In this document: piece after piece, positions 25,502-37,950 of the stretch
Layout of the letters: each line of letters starts with the position of its first letter
Position numbering within the stretch: position 1 is the stretch's first letter
From: Octopus vulgaris
Lineage: Eukaryota
Direction: 5' to 3'
Assembly: GCA_951406725.2 (NCBI GenBank)
Contig: OX597814.1
Location: 119,846,001 to 119,910,000, forward strand
DNA: 64,000 bases
The notes under the pieces: generated by a model
The model's database searches: none
Seen by the model: the letters and a program-made list of their open reading frames with translations, nothing else
Told to the model about the DNA's origin: nothing
Position numbers and translations under genes: made by a program

Positions 25502-25546
25502 ATATATATATTTGTATATATATATATTTGTATATATATATATTTG

Positions 25547-25750
<204 letters not shown>

Positions 25751-25974
25751 ATTATAAATGAGGGTGAAAAATCGATATTAATTTAATAATACCATTAATT
25801 TAACACCAAGTGGCTTAGCACAAAAAACTACGGAGAAAATACAAATTTATACATAAATTATTAGAGAGTTATCCACTATGTGGATAACTCTAGTGCTAAA
25901 AATAGCTCCGAAGCAACCACAGAAGATCAGGTATATATATATATATATATTTGTATATTTGTATATATATATAT

Positions 25975-27072
25975 ATTATATAAAAGGGCTTAGTAAAATA
26001 AATTATTTTGCCACATACTGAACTCATTAGAAATAGCAGCTAAAAAAATTTTTAGCCATTTCTAATACTTAAAGAAAATCTCTCTCAGATAGTGTTTGCT
26101 CAAACCAACTCACGAAGGTATGGGGGTAAAAAAGGGTATGCTCCCACTTTTAGTGTTCCCAAATCCGAATCAAGGAGTTCTGAGCTGATGAAAGAAATGT
26201 CGATTTGACTAATCTAGAAACGTACGTTCTCAAATAACCTTTGCACTTGTGATTTTTTTTTTAATGTTTTTACCCCCATACCATCGTGAGTTGGTTTGAG
26301 CAAACACTATCTGAGAGAGATTTTCTTTAAATATTAGAAATGGCTAAAAAATTTTTTAGCTGCTATTTCTAATGAGTTCAGTATGTGGCAAAGTAATTTA
26401 TTTTACTAAGCCCTTTTATATAATGTAATATTTTGAATTCGCCTTAAATGGTCCCTTTACATACTGAATACTTGGTGAAATTGATTAATAATTAATTAAT
26501 TTTACCCTCAATTGTTGAAATTATAATTCATTTCTCTCTGTTTAATGCTTCGGTTTTCACCGATAAAACATAGTGTTTGCCAATTTTAACCCACGCTGGT
26601 GGAAAGGGAGAGCAGAAATTCTTCGCTTGCATATTTTGAATTTGTTAGCACTGTTAGTTCGAGCGGATCTCCGGAGGTGATAAGAAGCCAAAAGGGTATG
26701 CTCCCACTTTCAGTGTTCCCAAATCCGAATCAAGGAGTTCTGAGCTGATATGTCGATTTGACTAATCTAGAAACGTACGTTCTCAAATAACCTTTGCACT
26801 TCTGATTTTTTTTAATGTTTTTACCCCCATACCTTCGTGAGTTGGTTTGAGCAAACACTATCTGGGAGAGATTTTCTTTAAGTATTAGAAATGGCTCAAA
26901 ATTTTTTTAGCTGCTATTTCTAATGAGTTCAGTATGTGGCAAAGTAATTTATTTTACTAAGCCCTTTTATATAATGTAATATTTTGAATTCGCCTTAAAT
27001 GGTCCCTTTACATACTGAATACTTGGTGAAATTGATTAATAATTAATTAATTTTACCCTCAATTGTTGAAAT
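25975..27072 (+). mobile_element. Non-coding PLE-like element: inverted partial repeat + two tandem repeats, hammerhead-like motif
   Basis: 25975-26132 is the reverse complement of 26267-26424; 26130-26521 repeats at 26690-27072; CTGATGA 26185-26191 and GAAACGTA 26217-26224. Confidence 0.75.
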
Positions 27073-27089
27073 ATATATATATATATATT

Positions 27090-27805
<716 letters not shown>

Positions 27806-27833
27806 TATATATCACCACAAATATATATATATT

Positions 27834-27892
<59 letters not shown>

Positions 27893-29714
27893 TTATATAC
27901 AAACACACACTCACACAGACACATGATTACCAGCATTAAACTGTACATGTTTCCCTAATGAATAAGTATTAATGAAACTGTAGCCATTCTTCACCTTTAT
28001 ACATCTGAAATAACATTCGAAATATAAAATCAAACATATCATGAGATTCCTGAAAAGGTTCGCAAATGTGATTTATTGTGATTATCGTATTTAAAATATA
28101 CACTCGTTTAAGAGATGATGAATTAGATTAATGAATATCCACTTACTGACATTTAGCGATTAGTCGTACGCTCATAAACATAAAGCATTATTTTCTAAAA
28201 TGGCCGTATCGTTTTTCGTTCGTAGCCTTCTACACGTTTCTTTTCTGTTCTATATTTCATATCTTACTTCTAGGAAAATCACTATTAATTATATTTAAAC
28301 AATCATTGTGGTGATTCATGCACAACATGCATTCCATTCCCCGCACGCCTATTTTACTATTGCCATCGTAATATTCATGTCATAAATCTATAACATATCT
28401 CTTTGGATGATAGAATAATATACGTAAGCGACATTGAAGAAAGGGTTAACATAAATAGTTTCGAAGGCAAGGACCTCTGATATATATATATATAATTTAA
28501 AAAAGTTGGCGTCCACTTGAAGTGGCACCGTTGGATATTTATTTGTTTAATCACTACAATACTTTCCACACAACTGCTTCCCTGCATTATGAGATCTAGT
28601 TGTGTTTCCTCGGGCGATATGTAAATTTGCGTCTGTAATTTTAAAATCCTCTGCTTCAAGAATATCCTCTATGTCTGTCGTGGCATGAATTTAATAGTAG
28701 TCGCTGAGCTTCTAAGGGTGCGTTGTTGCTGAAGGGCCGTTGGCAAACTGCTTTGAATGTGTAGATGTTTTGGGATGGTGATTCTGGTACTGTTGAAGCG
28801 GTTGATGTTTTAGAGGGATTGATTTGATTTCTTGGTACAGTTGAATTGATAAGATATTGAGTTTAATCTATCACGTTGTAAATTAGATGGAGTAATTCTG
28901 CTCTTACATCCACAAAGTGCATCGGCTCAAAAGATTTAGAATGCACATTCTATATACCGTCTGAATGATACTAGACAGGCGGAAAAATACTGAAACACGT
29001 TTGGTGGATTGCATCTGTCATTCAAAAGGTTCACATTCTTCACATCCTCAAGCACTTTTCTATGGAATGTCGTCAAAAGCATGTATGTATGTGTGTGTGT
29101 GTGTATGTGTGTGTGTGTGCGTGCGTGCTTGTCTGTGTGCGTGTGTGAATGTGTTTACATGTGTTTGATTCTGAAGGACGGAAGCGAAAGTTTCAAAAGT
29201 GATAAGGTTCCTTTCATATATCCTAAATATTTGAATACAGAAAACATGAAGGGTTGAATCCTCAAAAGCCGTATTCAGAAATACTAAGAGAGCTGACCTT
29301 AAAATAACATACATCTTAGGGATTTTAGGCGAAACACGTTTGGAACATATTCAATTATTTACTATGATCTGTCAGAATAACTGTTTTAAAAGAAAATCGA
29401 CAATTTTAAACACATTTTCTTTTGAAAGACATACAATAGTTGCTAATTATTTATGCTGCATCTGGTAAACTATTTGAGGGGAAAATGATAAAAAAAAAAA
29501 ATAGTGATTTTTCAAATAAATTATTTACAATTGTAAAAGTGCTTTGTTTTTGAAAAACAAACGACATTACTTTTTTTTATATTCCGTTTAACAACAAAGC
29601 GAAGTATGTGAGAATATTTATTTACAAAAAATTGTAATAATTTTTTTATTTTTGATTTTAGTACAAAAGCAGTAAATTCGATGGAAGTAAATATCATTGA
29701 GATTGGTACTTGAC

Positions 29715-29852
29715 TTTTTGTAAGCAATTTATGGACATCGGACGGGAGCAGGTCTAAGCTGTGCTTAGTGGAATTTCAGCTCAGCGCATATACCAGAACA
29801 AATGTTGCAAAGCATTTTTCAGACACATTCACTACATTGTCAGTTACCGTCT
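29715..29852 (-). mobile_element. SINE family B, decayed fragment
   Basis: Patchy match (GGAATTTCAGCTCAG...AAGCATTT...GTCAGTTACCGTCTTA). Confidence 0.4.
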
Positions 29853-30140
29853 TAATTTTAATTATTAAAATAAAAGTGTCTTTAAGAGATATGAAGACTT
29901 ATGACAAATCTTTTATTTAAAAAATATTTCTTTCAATTGAAAGTTTTAATATTTTTGTTGTTCTGGTAATACAAACTGCATGTGATATTTAATATTTCGC
30001 TTCATAATACTGACATATATAATTAGACATTTCAAATGTTTGATTCGTTTGTGTTCTGATTAAAAGACAAATACATTTTATATCATAAATAAACAAAATA
30101 AATTATGCTTAAAAAATAGAGTATTTCGGTTTTAGCTTAT

Positions 30141-30614
30141 ACTCTTTTACTCTTTTACTTGTTTCAGTGATTTGACTGTATCCATGCTGCAGAATCGCCT
30201 TTCGTCGAGCAAATCGACTCCAGGACTTATTCTTCGTAAGCCTAGTACTTATTCTATCGTTCTTTTTTGCCGCACCGCTAAGTTACGGGGACGTAACCAC
30301 ACCATCAACAGTTGTCAAGCGATGTTGGGGGAACAAACACAGTCACACAAACATATATACACATACATATATGTATACATATATATATACACACACACAT
30401 ATGCACACACATACATATATACACACACATATATATATATACATATATATACGGCGGGATTATTTCAGTTTCCGTCGACCACATCCACTCACAAGGCTTT
30501 GGTCGACCCGAGGCTATATTAGCAGACACTTGCCCAAGGTGCAACGCAGTAGGACTGAACCCCGAACCATGTGGTTCGTAAGCAAGCTACTTACAACACA
30601 GCTACTCCTAAGGC
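30141..30614 (-). mobile_element. SINE family A, full length, more diverged
   Basis: Colinear with 27393-27805. Confidence 0.9.
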
Positions 30615-31027
30615 TTTTTAAAAAATTTTGTATAACTACAATATATTTCTACTTTGTTTCGCTTTTCTCCTGTAAGTTAATATGCTCATCACACCATCAA
30701 CATCTTTGTTGTTTTGACTTAGCCTAATAACATTAGATGTAGAATAGCTTTCCTTTCAACTATGAATACATACTCATTAATACATACTAATTTATCCTAA
30801 ACTATTTCAAACTTTGGGGTTCTGTGTATTCGGTTTGCCAATCTTTACCATTCGGTTTACCAATCTCCATATGCACATTCTTTCTACTTCTCCTTTCTTT
30901 CTGCGATTCGAAACATCTAATGCGGTCGCAAGGTCAGTTTTAAGATACATCGTTTGATTGGTATGGTAAGTATTGCGGGACTCATTTACATATTTGTTTG
31001 AACACAGACATCGTCGAAGGTGATATA

Positions 31028-31430
31028 AGTTTCTTTATTGGCCACGCAGGGCTGCACACAGATGGGACAAGTTACAAGGTAGAGCTTTTCTTTTGGGGGA
31101 AGAGAAAAAAAAAAGGTGGCGTAGGTTTTCGATCAAAAGGGATCGTACAAGGGAAAAAAGAACAACAAAAAAAAAAGAAAAAAAGGAAAAGAAAAAAAAG
31201 AAAAAAAGGAAAAGAAAAAAAAGAAAAAAGGGAAGAAAAGAAAAGAAAAATGAAAAAAGAAGATAAAAGAGGAAAAAATGGGGAGAGGAAAAAAAACGAT
31301 CAATAGGGATCGTGTATCACAGTGTCATGATGTATGGTGTAAAGGGGAAAGCAAGTAAGGTTTATCCGTGGGAAGAAAAGCCTACGAAAAAGACCCCGGT
31401 AACCTTGGTCAATATTGTTATATGTTACCA
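31028..31430 (-). mobile_element. Probable non-LTR retrotransposon 3' UTR remnant
   Basis: Minus strand is T-rich with repeated CGATCCC...GATCG hairpins and ends GTGGCCAATAAAGAAA; no coding part seen. Confidence 0.4.
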
Positions 31431-31624
31431 CACTTGTTTGCAAGTGGGTAACCCTCTGTTTTCAATTTCTGGGTAAGTAATGTGTGTAAGTGAGAGGAAA
31501 GATTATGCCCCAGTACTGCACTGGGACTGTATTTCACAACGTCGAATGAGTACCAGATTTGTCCTGAAACAACAGTGATAATTCTAATCTGCAATACAAA
31601 AGGAACGGAAAAATTCATCCATGT

Positions 31625-31841
<217 letters not shown>

Positions 31842-33099
31842 AGTATATATATATATCAAGCGATTAGCAGACACGCTTAGACACACACACACACATACAC
31901 ACACACACACACGCTGATATGATTATATACACTTAGCCAAATGCATGAATATATATATATACTACTAATATAGGATGAAGTTTTTTTTACAGAAAAAAAA
32001 TTCCATCAAAAATGTGACAGCATATTAAAATACATTTTCGGTTAAAATTATAAACAACTTATAAATAAGGGCTAAGGAAATCATTTCAACGCCAATATGC
32101 TGATAACAGACTTTTAAATCATCAATTTCCACATATTATTTACTCGCTACAGAAAAAAAAAACACGAACTGAAATCGGGGAAAACCGGCCGATAGAATTT
32201 ATATACATATGTTCTGCAACTACTAGCACTACCAGAGGAAAGAACAAGATCAGCAACCGCAGCCACTCCTCAACACTAGCACAGTTGATGACCTATTAAA
32301 CTCCACAGTCCCTCGCCCTCCTCCACAGGGGAGCTATTCAAGTTCCTCACATTCTCAGAAAACTAGACATCCATCATCATTGTCATCTAATACTACTGCT
32401 AAACCATTGCTACCACCACTACTACTACAAGTAATAAAGGACCATTCCTTTCTCATCCCTACAGTCCACCTCAATCTGACAGTATAACTCACAGCCCCAC
32501 ATCAGATTCGCCTAATATAAATAAAGTGAAATCTATGAACTACCACCTGTCTCCTCCAACACGTGCACGAAACCTAAACATTTGTCGCTATTCTCTACGT
32601 GAGAGACTATGTATATATTGTGACTCCAATTTCACCCATTTACCAGGGAGAAATCTCACAATTCGGACAAGCAACACCAGGCAACGCCAAAACACACTTC
32701 TTAAACCATCACCACCACCAAATAATCAAATTTAAAAGCTTCCACACATATTACACGGGACCCTAAAATCTACCGCTATTCCCGCGTGAGGGATTATGTC
32801 TGAAGCGTGATTGCCCCTTCTCTCATCCTCAAGGGACTCAACGTACTATTAGAAGCTTGATTTCTAACCACCACCAAATTCACAATAAAACATCCCTTTG
32901 AGGCGTAGTGCCGAACCCGACACTCTCCCAATACCAAATATCACCCAGTCATAGACTGATTACAAAAATAAATATAACAAACCATATGACGATAACCATA
33001 TCCAACAATAGCCACAACAACTCCAGTCACCAAGCTGTCGCAAATGAAGAAAATCCATTTTTAGCCATGATGAATCTGATAAAAGAAATCAAAGCTCAA

Positions 33100-34315
33100 C
33101 TCAAAGAATCTTGTGGCTGCCATCAACACATTGGCGGTTGCTGTAGTCCGCAATAGTGCACTTATTCTGAAATGGATCCAAGCGGAGATTAACCAACTTG
33201 ATCGCACTACTCGAAATATGATGACAATGTATGGTGCCCTCCATCCTAAGGTGAATGTATACAGGTTCTACCTGAAATGGGATAAAGGTGGATGTAGGCT
33301 GATTAGCGTATATGAGTGTATCAACACTGAAAGAAGAAACATGGCAGAATAATTGATAAACAGCAAACAAGACCTGCTACAGTATGCTGCTAATGCAAAA
33401 AGAATTTAACAAAAATGGATTTGAGAGTACTAATGAATTTAGATCAAGAACATCCAGCGAGAGAGAAGAAACCCTACTCCGCATGGAATTACACGGTCAG
33501 TTCCACCGTGAAACCAACAAATTAAAAGACCAAGAAGCATCACCGGAGGTGGCTCAGCTAAGGTGACGTAAAACGGTATAGTGAAAGCCTAATCATCGTT
33601 TAGACATTGAATACCAGCTTGGTGAAGAGGGATATATACCACACAAGTGCAACGGATCTCTGCAGAACTTTGGGAAGAGGTTTAAAAGCGTGACTCACTT
33701 TGTTAGTGCTTATGAAAGTCGTACGCAGAAGGAGTACAAGCGTAGACACGGCAAGGGAGCACAAAACCTCTGCTGGCAACTATGCCGTGGGTATGAATAT
33801 GAAGTTACGGGTGCTTGGTTCCAACATACACCGGAAATGTAGTGGACGAAAAGTAGAAGGCAAAAATGCACTGGGAATTTGACTTTCAAACAGACGAGTT
33901 GTTAGAAACTCCAAGGACGGATGTAGTAACCTTTAGGTGGGACAAACAAGAGTGCTTAATAATTGACGTGGCTGTGCCAGAAGATCAACATATCATGAAA
34001 GAAAGAGAAAATATACTAATCGAGACCTGAGAACTGAGATTGCTAAGATGTTGCAGTTACGAGAGTCAAACATAAATGTTATCCCTATTGTCATCGGAGC
34101 ATTGGGTTCAATACAACCCAATCTGAAAAAATATATATCTTAAAACTTTAGAAATGCCCTATAATCTAGAACTTGGAACTGCACGCATAATGCGCAAAGC
34201 ACTGTCTGTCTGACGTCCTAGTTGTTGCCAAACAGTACAAACCCCCGATAGACAATATCTTCAATCAGCAACCTTACGATATTGTATACTGTGTGACGTC
34301 TAAAATAATAACATC
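33100..34315 (+). mobile_element. Decayed R4/Dong-like RLE LINE, 3' part
   Basis: AINTLAVAVV...LDRTTRNMMTMYGALHPK...Y...GG thumb-like region, later IIDVAVP and VIPIVIGALG RLE motifs; many stops and frameshifts. Confidence 0.75.
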
Positions 34316-34330
34316 AGATATCATCTAGAG

Positions 34331-36707
34331 CAGTGTTTCCCAACCTTTTTTCCCGGCGCCCCACTTTTTCATAGCAAAAGTTTTTACGCCCCACCTTTTC
34401 CCATGTCCACTCACATTTACAAGTACATGTGGGCCTACTTACAATTGAAAAAAAAATCAAAAATTAAAAAAATTGTATTCAAAATACAAAAAAATAGTTT
34501 GAGAATTGAAACAACAGGCACTGAAAGTGCATAACACCCAATAAATCGATAAAATTATTACGATTTCTCATGTTTTTAAAAAATGTCAATTTATAAAGAA
34601 TAAAGAAACACGTTTTTTCAGTTCAATTATTTGACGGTCAGCTCGACTAATTTAGTGAGAACCCTGTGCCTGATGCATACAGCACAAGTTTTTAATTTGA
34701 GGAGACAACTTTGTTAATTTCAGTCGTAAATCGCCACGTTTTGTAATCTCAAGCCGGTTTCTCTTGGCTTCGAGCAAATTATCAACTGCACTAAAACCAC
34801 ATTCGACCAAATAAGACGAAGGGAAAGGAATCAGTAGCTCTCTCGCTGAAGTAGAAATTTTAGGATATTTTCTTTCAACCTCGTCATATAGCCACATCTT
34901 TGTACCTTTCAATTTAAACAAAGTCTTCACTGATTCATCATGTTGTAATTCTGATAACTCTTCTTGGTATTGGATTGTAGCATCAGAAACGTTAATCAGA
35001 AGCGGTTGAGTTAACCAAGAAGGAAAATTCATTGCCTTTAAATCGCAAAATCTGTCATTGAAATCCTTTATCAAGATATTTAAATGATCAATAATTACAA
35101 TGCCAGCATCATTCGTTATTTCACATTTACTCAACCAGTAAAGTTCACTGAAATTTCTTTTGGAAAATTTCTTTTTCCATAATTCGAGAGCTGTAATAAA
35201 TCCAAAAATCTTTGCTTTTGCATCAATAAGTGTCATGTTTGCACCTTGAAGTTGTTTATTCAAGTTTCCAAGTTTCTCAAATATGTCTGTCAAATAACTG
35301 ACAAATGCTTTTCCATCCGTTGTTGACAGCAATTTCATTTCACATTTATCACTAAGAAAGTCGTTAATCTGATCAAATAATTCCATGAACCTCTTTAAGC
35401 AGTTTCCACTTGATAGCCATCTTACTTCTGTATGAAGCAATAATCGAACATGTTCGGCACTTTGATTTATACAAAACTGCTTAAAAAGACGTTCAGATTT
35501 AGAATTTCTTTTAATGCTGTTGACACACTTGATCACACTTTGAAGAATCTTGTTAAGAACAGGGGACAATTTCTTGGCAACCAAGTTTTCTCGGTGTATT
35601 ACACAATGGACAGTCAACATGTTTGGATTTTCATCCTTCATCATTTTTAAGCATCCCGTATTCTTGCCCATCATGGCAGGTGCACCGTCTGCCGCACATG
35701 CCAGTAAGTTTTCCTTTGGTATTTTGTTTGCATCCAAATAATGTTTGATTTTGATGTAAATATCATTTGCAGTTGTGGTGGTTTCAAACGATTCGCAGAA
35801 CAGCATCTCTTCCTGAAACTCCTCGTGGTCAATATACCTCACATAAGTCAATAACAGAGCCTCACTGTCCCGGATTGTGGATTCGTCTATTTGTAATGAA
35901 AACTTACGCAATTTTAATTTCTCAATGAGCTGGCTTTCAACATCTTGCCCCATTTCATCTATTCTGTTCGAGACAGTGTTATTACTGAGTGGCATAGTTC
36001 TGATATCTCCATCATCTTTTTGTAATACAGTTTTTAAGAATATTTAGATAGCAGGTTTAATCAGTTGCTCTTCAATAGTGTGATTCTTTCCATGTTTTGC
36101 TATAAGCAAGGAGATTTCGTAGCTGGCTTCAAGGGCACGAGTATGAGGCGCTTGTTTTGCATGAAATAGTGAAGTGAGTTTTGTTCGGTTTTTAAATTTT
36201 TCTTTCAATGATTTGAAGTATTCCAAATCTAAATTAGAATTATTAGGATGTCTTACCTTTAAGTGCGCTTGCAGCCTACCCGCCTTCATTGACTCATTGC
36301 TCATCGTCTGATTACATAATAAGCAAAACGGTTTACGCTCATCATGCTCATCAGGAATGAATCCAAACTTCAAAAACTCCACCGCGTATTGACGAGTCTT
36401 CTTCTTGTTTGGTTTGTTCATTTTCAATAGGGCTAACAAAAGACTAATTGAGGCAAACTAATTGAGGCAATTGATTGGCTTATCTGAATAGTAAGTTTAT
36501 TGCTCAGTGCGGGATCTTCTTTGTCTCGCTGGGGTGCGAGAGTTTCCGATGTGGAGGCTTCAAAGGAAAGACGGAATCTAAGGTTGTGCCCGCGATGACC
36601 GCTCGTCATGTACAAATATTTTCACAGCCCACGTCTATGCCCCGCGCCCCACCTGCATTTTCTCAGGCCCCACCAGTGGGGCGTACGCCCCACCTTAGGA
36701 ATCACTG
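34331..36707 (-). mobile_element. Complete hAT DNA transposon, Buster family
   Basis: Imperfect TIRs CAGTGTTTCCCAA / CAGTGATTCCTAA; perfect 8-bp TSD ATCTAGAG (34323-34330, 36708-36715) with the central TA typical of Buster elements. Confidence 0.95.
34652..36421 (-). pseudogene. hAT/Buster transposase (~589 codons) with one in-frame TAA at 36044-36046
   Basis: The two track ORFs share a frame. BED finger CLLC...H...H, IDEST, ADGAPAM, HCVIH, EVRWLS, YLVECGFS motifs. Confidence 0.92.
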
Positions 36708-36839
36708 ATCTAGAGGAATATAAAAGAAATTGGAATAGGATGCGCAGTGGAACAGTTACAAAACGCTTACCTCGTTGGCATGACCAGAAAAATCAGGAAA
36801 GTATTAGATATTTGAAAAGAATGGATAGCACAGTGTCGT

Positions 36840-37880
36840 GTGCTGCAGGTGGCAACCCTGGGATCATGTTATAATATCTCTTATCATGTATCCATGCTAA
36901 TGTGAGATTTTTCTGTTTAGCTTTTACTTCATTTAGAGCTGCTTTGACTATGTATAATACATCATGTGTTCCTCTAGCCTTTTCGCTGCAACCTTCCAGG
37001 TTTTCTGCTGGTAAGTTCTTGTTGTAAAGGTGCTAGTAAATTATTTTTAAAAGCATTCTTGATAAAAGCTTTCACACTAAATAATTAGAAAGTGATTGGT
37101 CTATAATTTCTAGCTGTATTACCCTTGCTTTTGTCTTTCATAATGTGCATTTTCCTCCCTCTAGTCAGCCAACCTTGTATTATTCCTCCCTTAAGGAAAT
37201 CCTGTATGTGTTGCCTCAATCTCCCGTGCAAACGAAAACTCTTCTTTAACAAGTAGCCTTGAACTAAATCTCGTCTTGGGCCCTTCAAATTCAGCATTTT
37301 TCCTATCACTTTACTCATAAATGCAATAGTTAGGTTTAGATCTGGCTGCTTCTCACTCGCTACTTCTTTGTGTGACCTATATTTTTGATATCTTTCCTAC
37401 TGATAAGAGAAACTACTTTTCTAGTCATATTTAGCAGCTTCCTTCTATTGGTACTTTTGATGCTGGTAATCTCTTTCTTACTTATTTACTCGTTACTTCC
37501 TGTAACTCACCTAAATATATTCTGATCTTCCTCACCTAAATCGTTTAAATCGCTAGTGCCAGTTGTCCTTTCCTTATTGGTACTGCTATTATCATTTTCC
37601 CTTTAGGTTCTTCTTTGGTTTGAACTGTATCTCTTATGTTGTTGGCTTTCTGTCCTACTTTCTGGTCTTTCTTTACCAGTTCTTATGTGATCTCTTCCAT
37701 TTTCAGTTGTGACATCTAATTTCTTCTAAAAGCATTATCTTGATCAATTAGTCTATTCTCAGCCACACTAAGCCTGCTCTTCTTTACCCCAAAATGTTAA
37801 CAACCGTTTTCTTCGTGGCAGCCTGCTGTCACTCGTCCGTGCTGTTTGCTATTCGCTGCAAAACGAAAGTATAGTATTCT
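36840..37880 (-). mobile_element. Decayed R4/Dong-like LINE, RT N-terminal region
   Basis: WLTRGR...KGNTARNYRPIT motif in ORF 37085-37318; upstream end abuts a (TAA)n tract. Confidence 0.65.
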
Positions 37881-37886
37881 TTCAAA

Positions 37887-37922
<36 letters not shown>

Positions 37923-37950
37923 ATTTTTATTATTATTATTATTATTATTA
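37887..37950. repeat. (ATT)n microsatellite
   Basis: Direct reading. Confidence 0.95.

Noticed and set aside
30998-31306. Lys-rich 102-aa ORF
   Set aside because: Translation of an A-rich tract.
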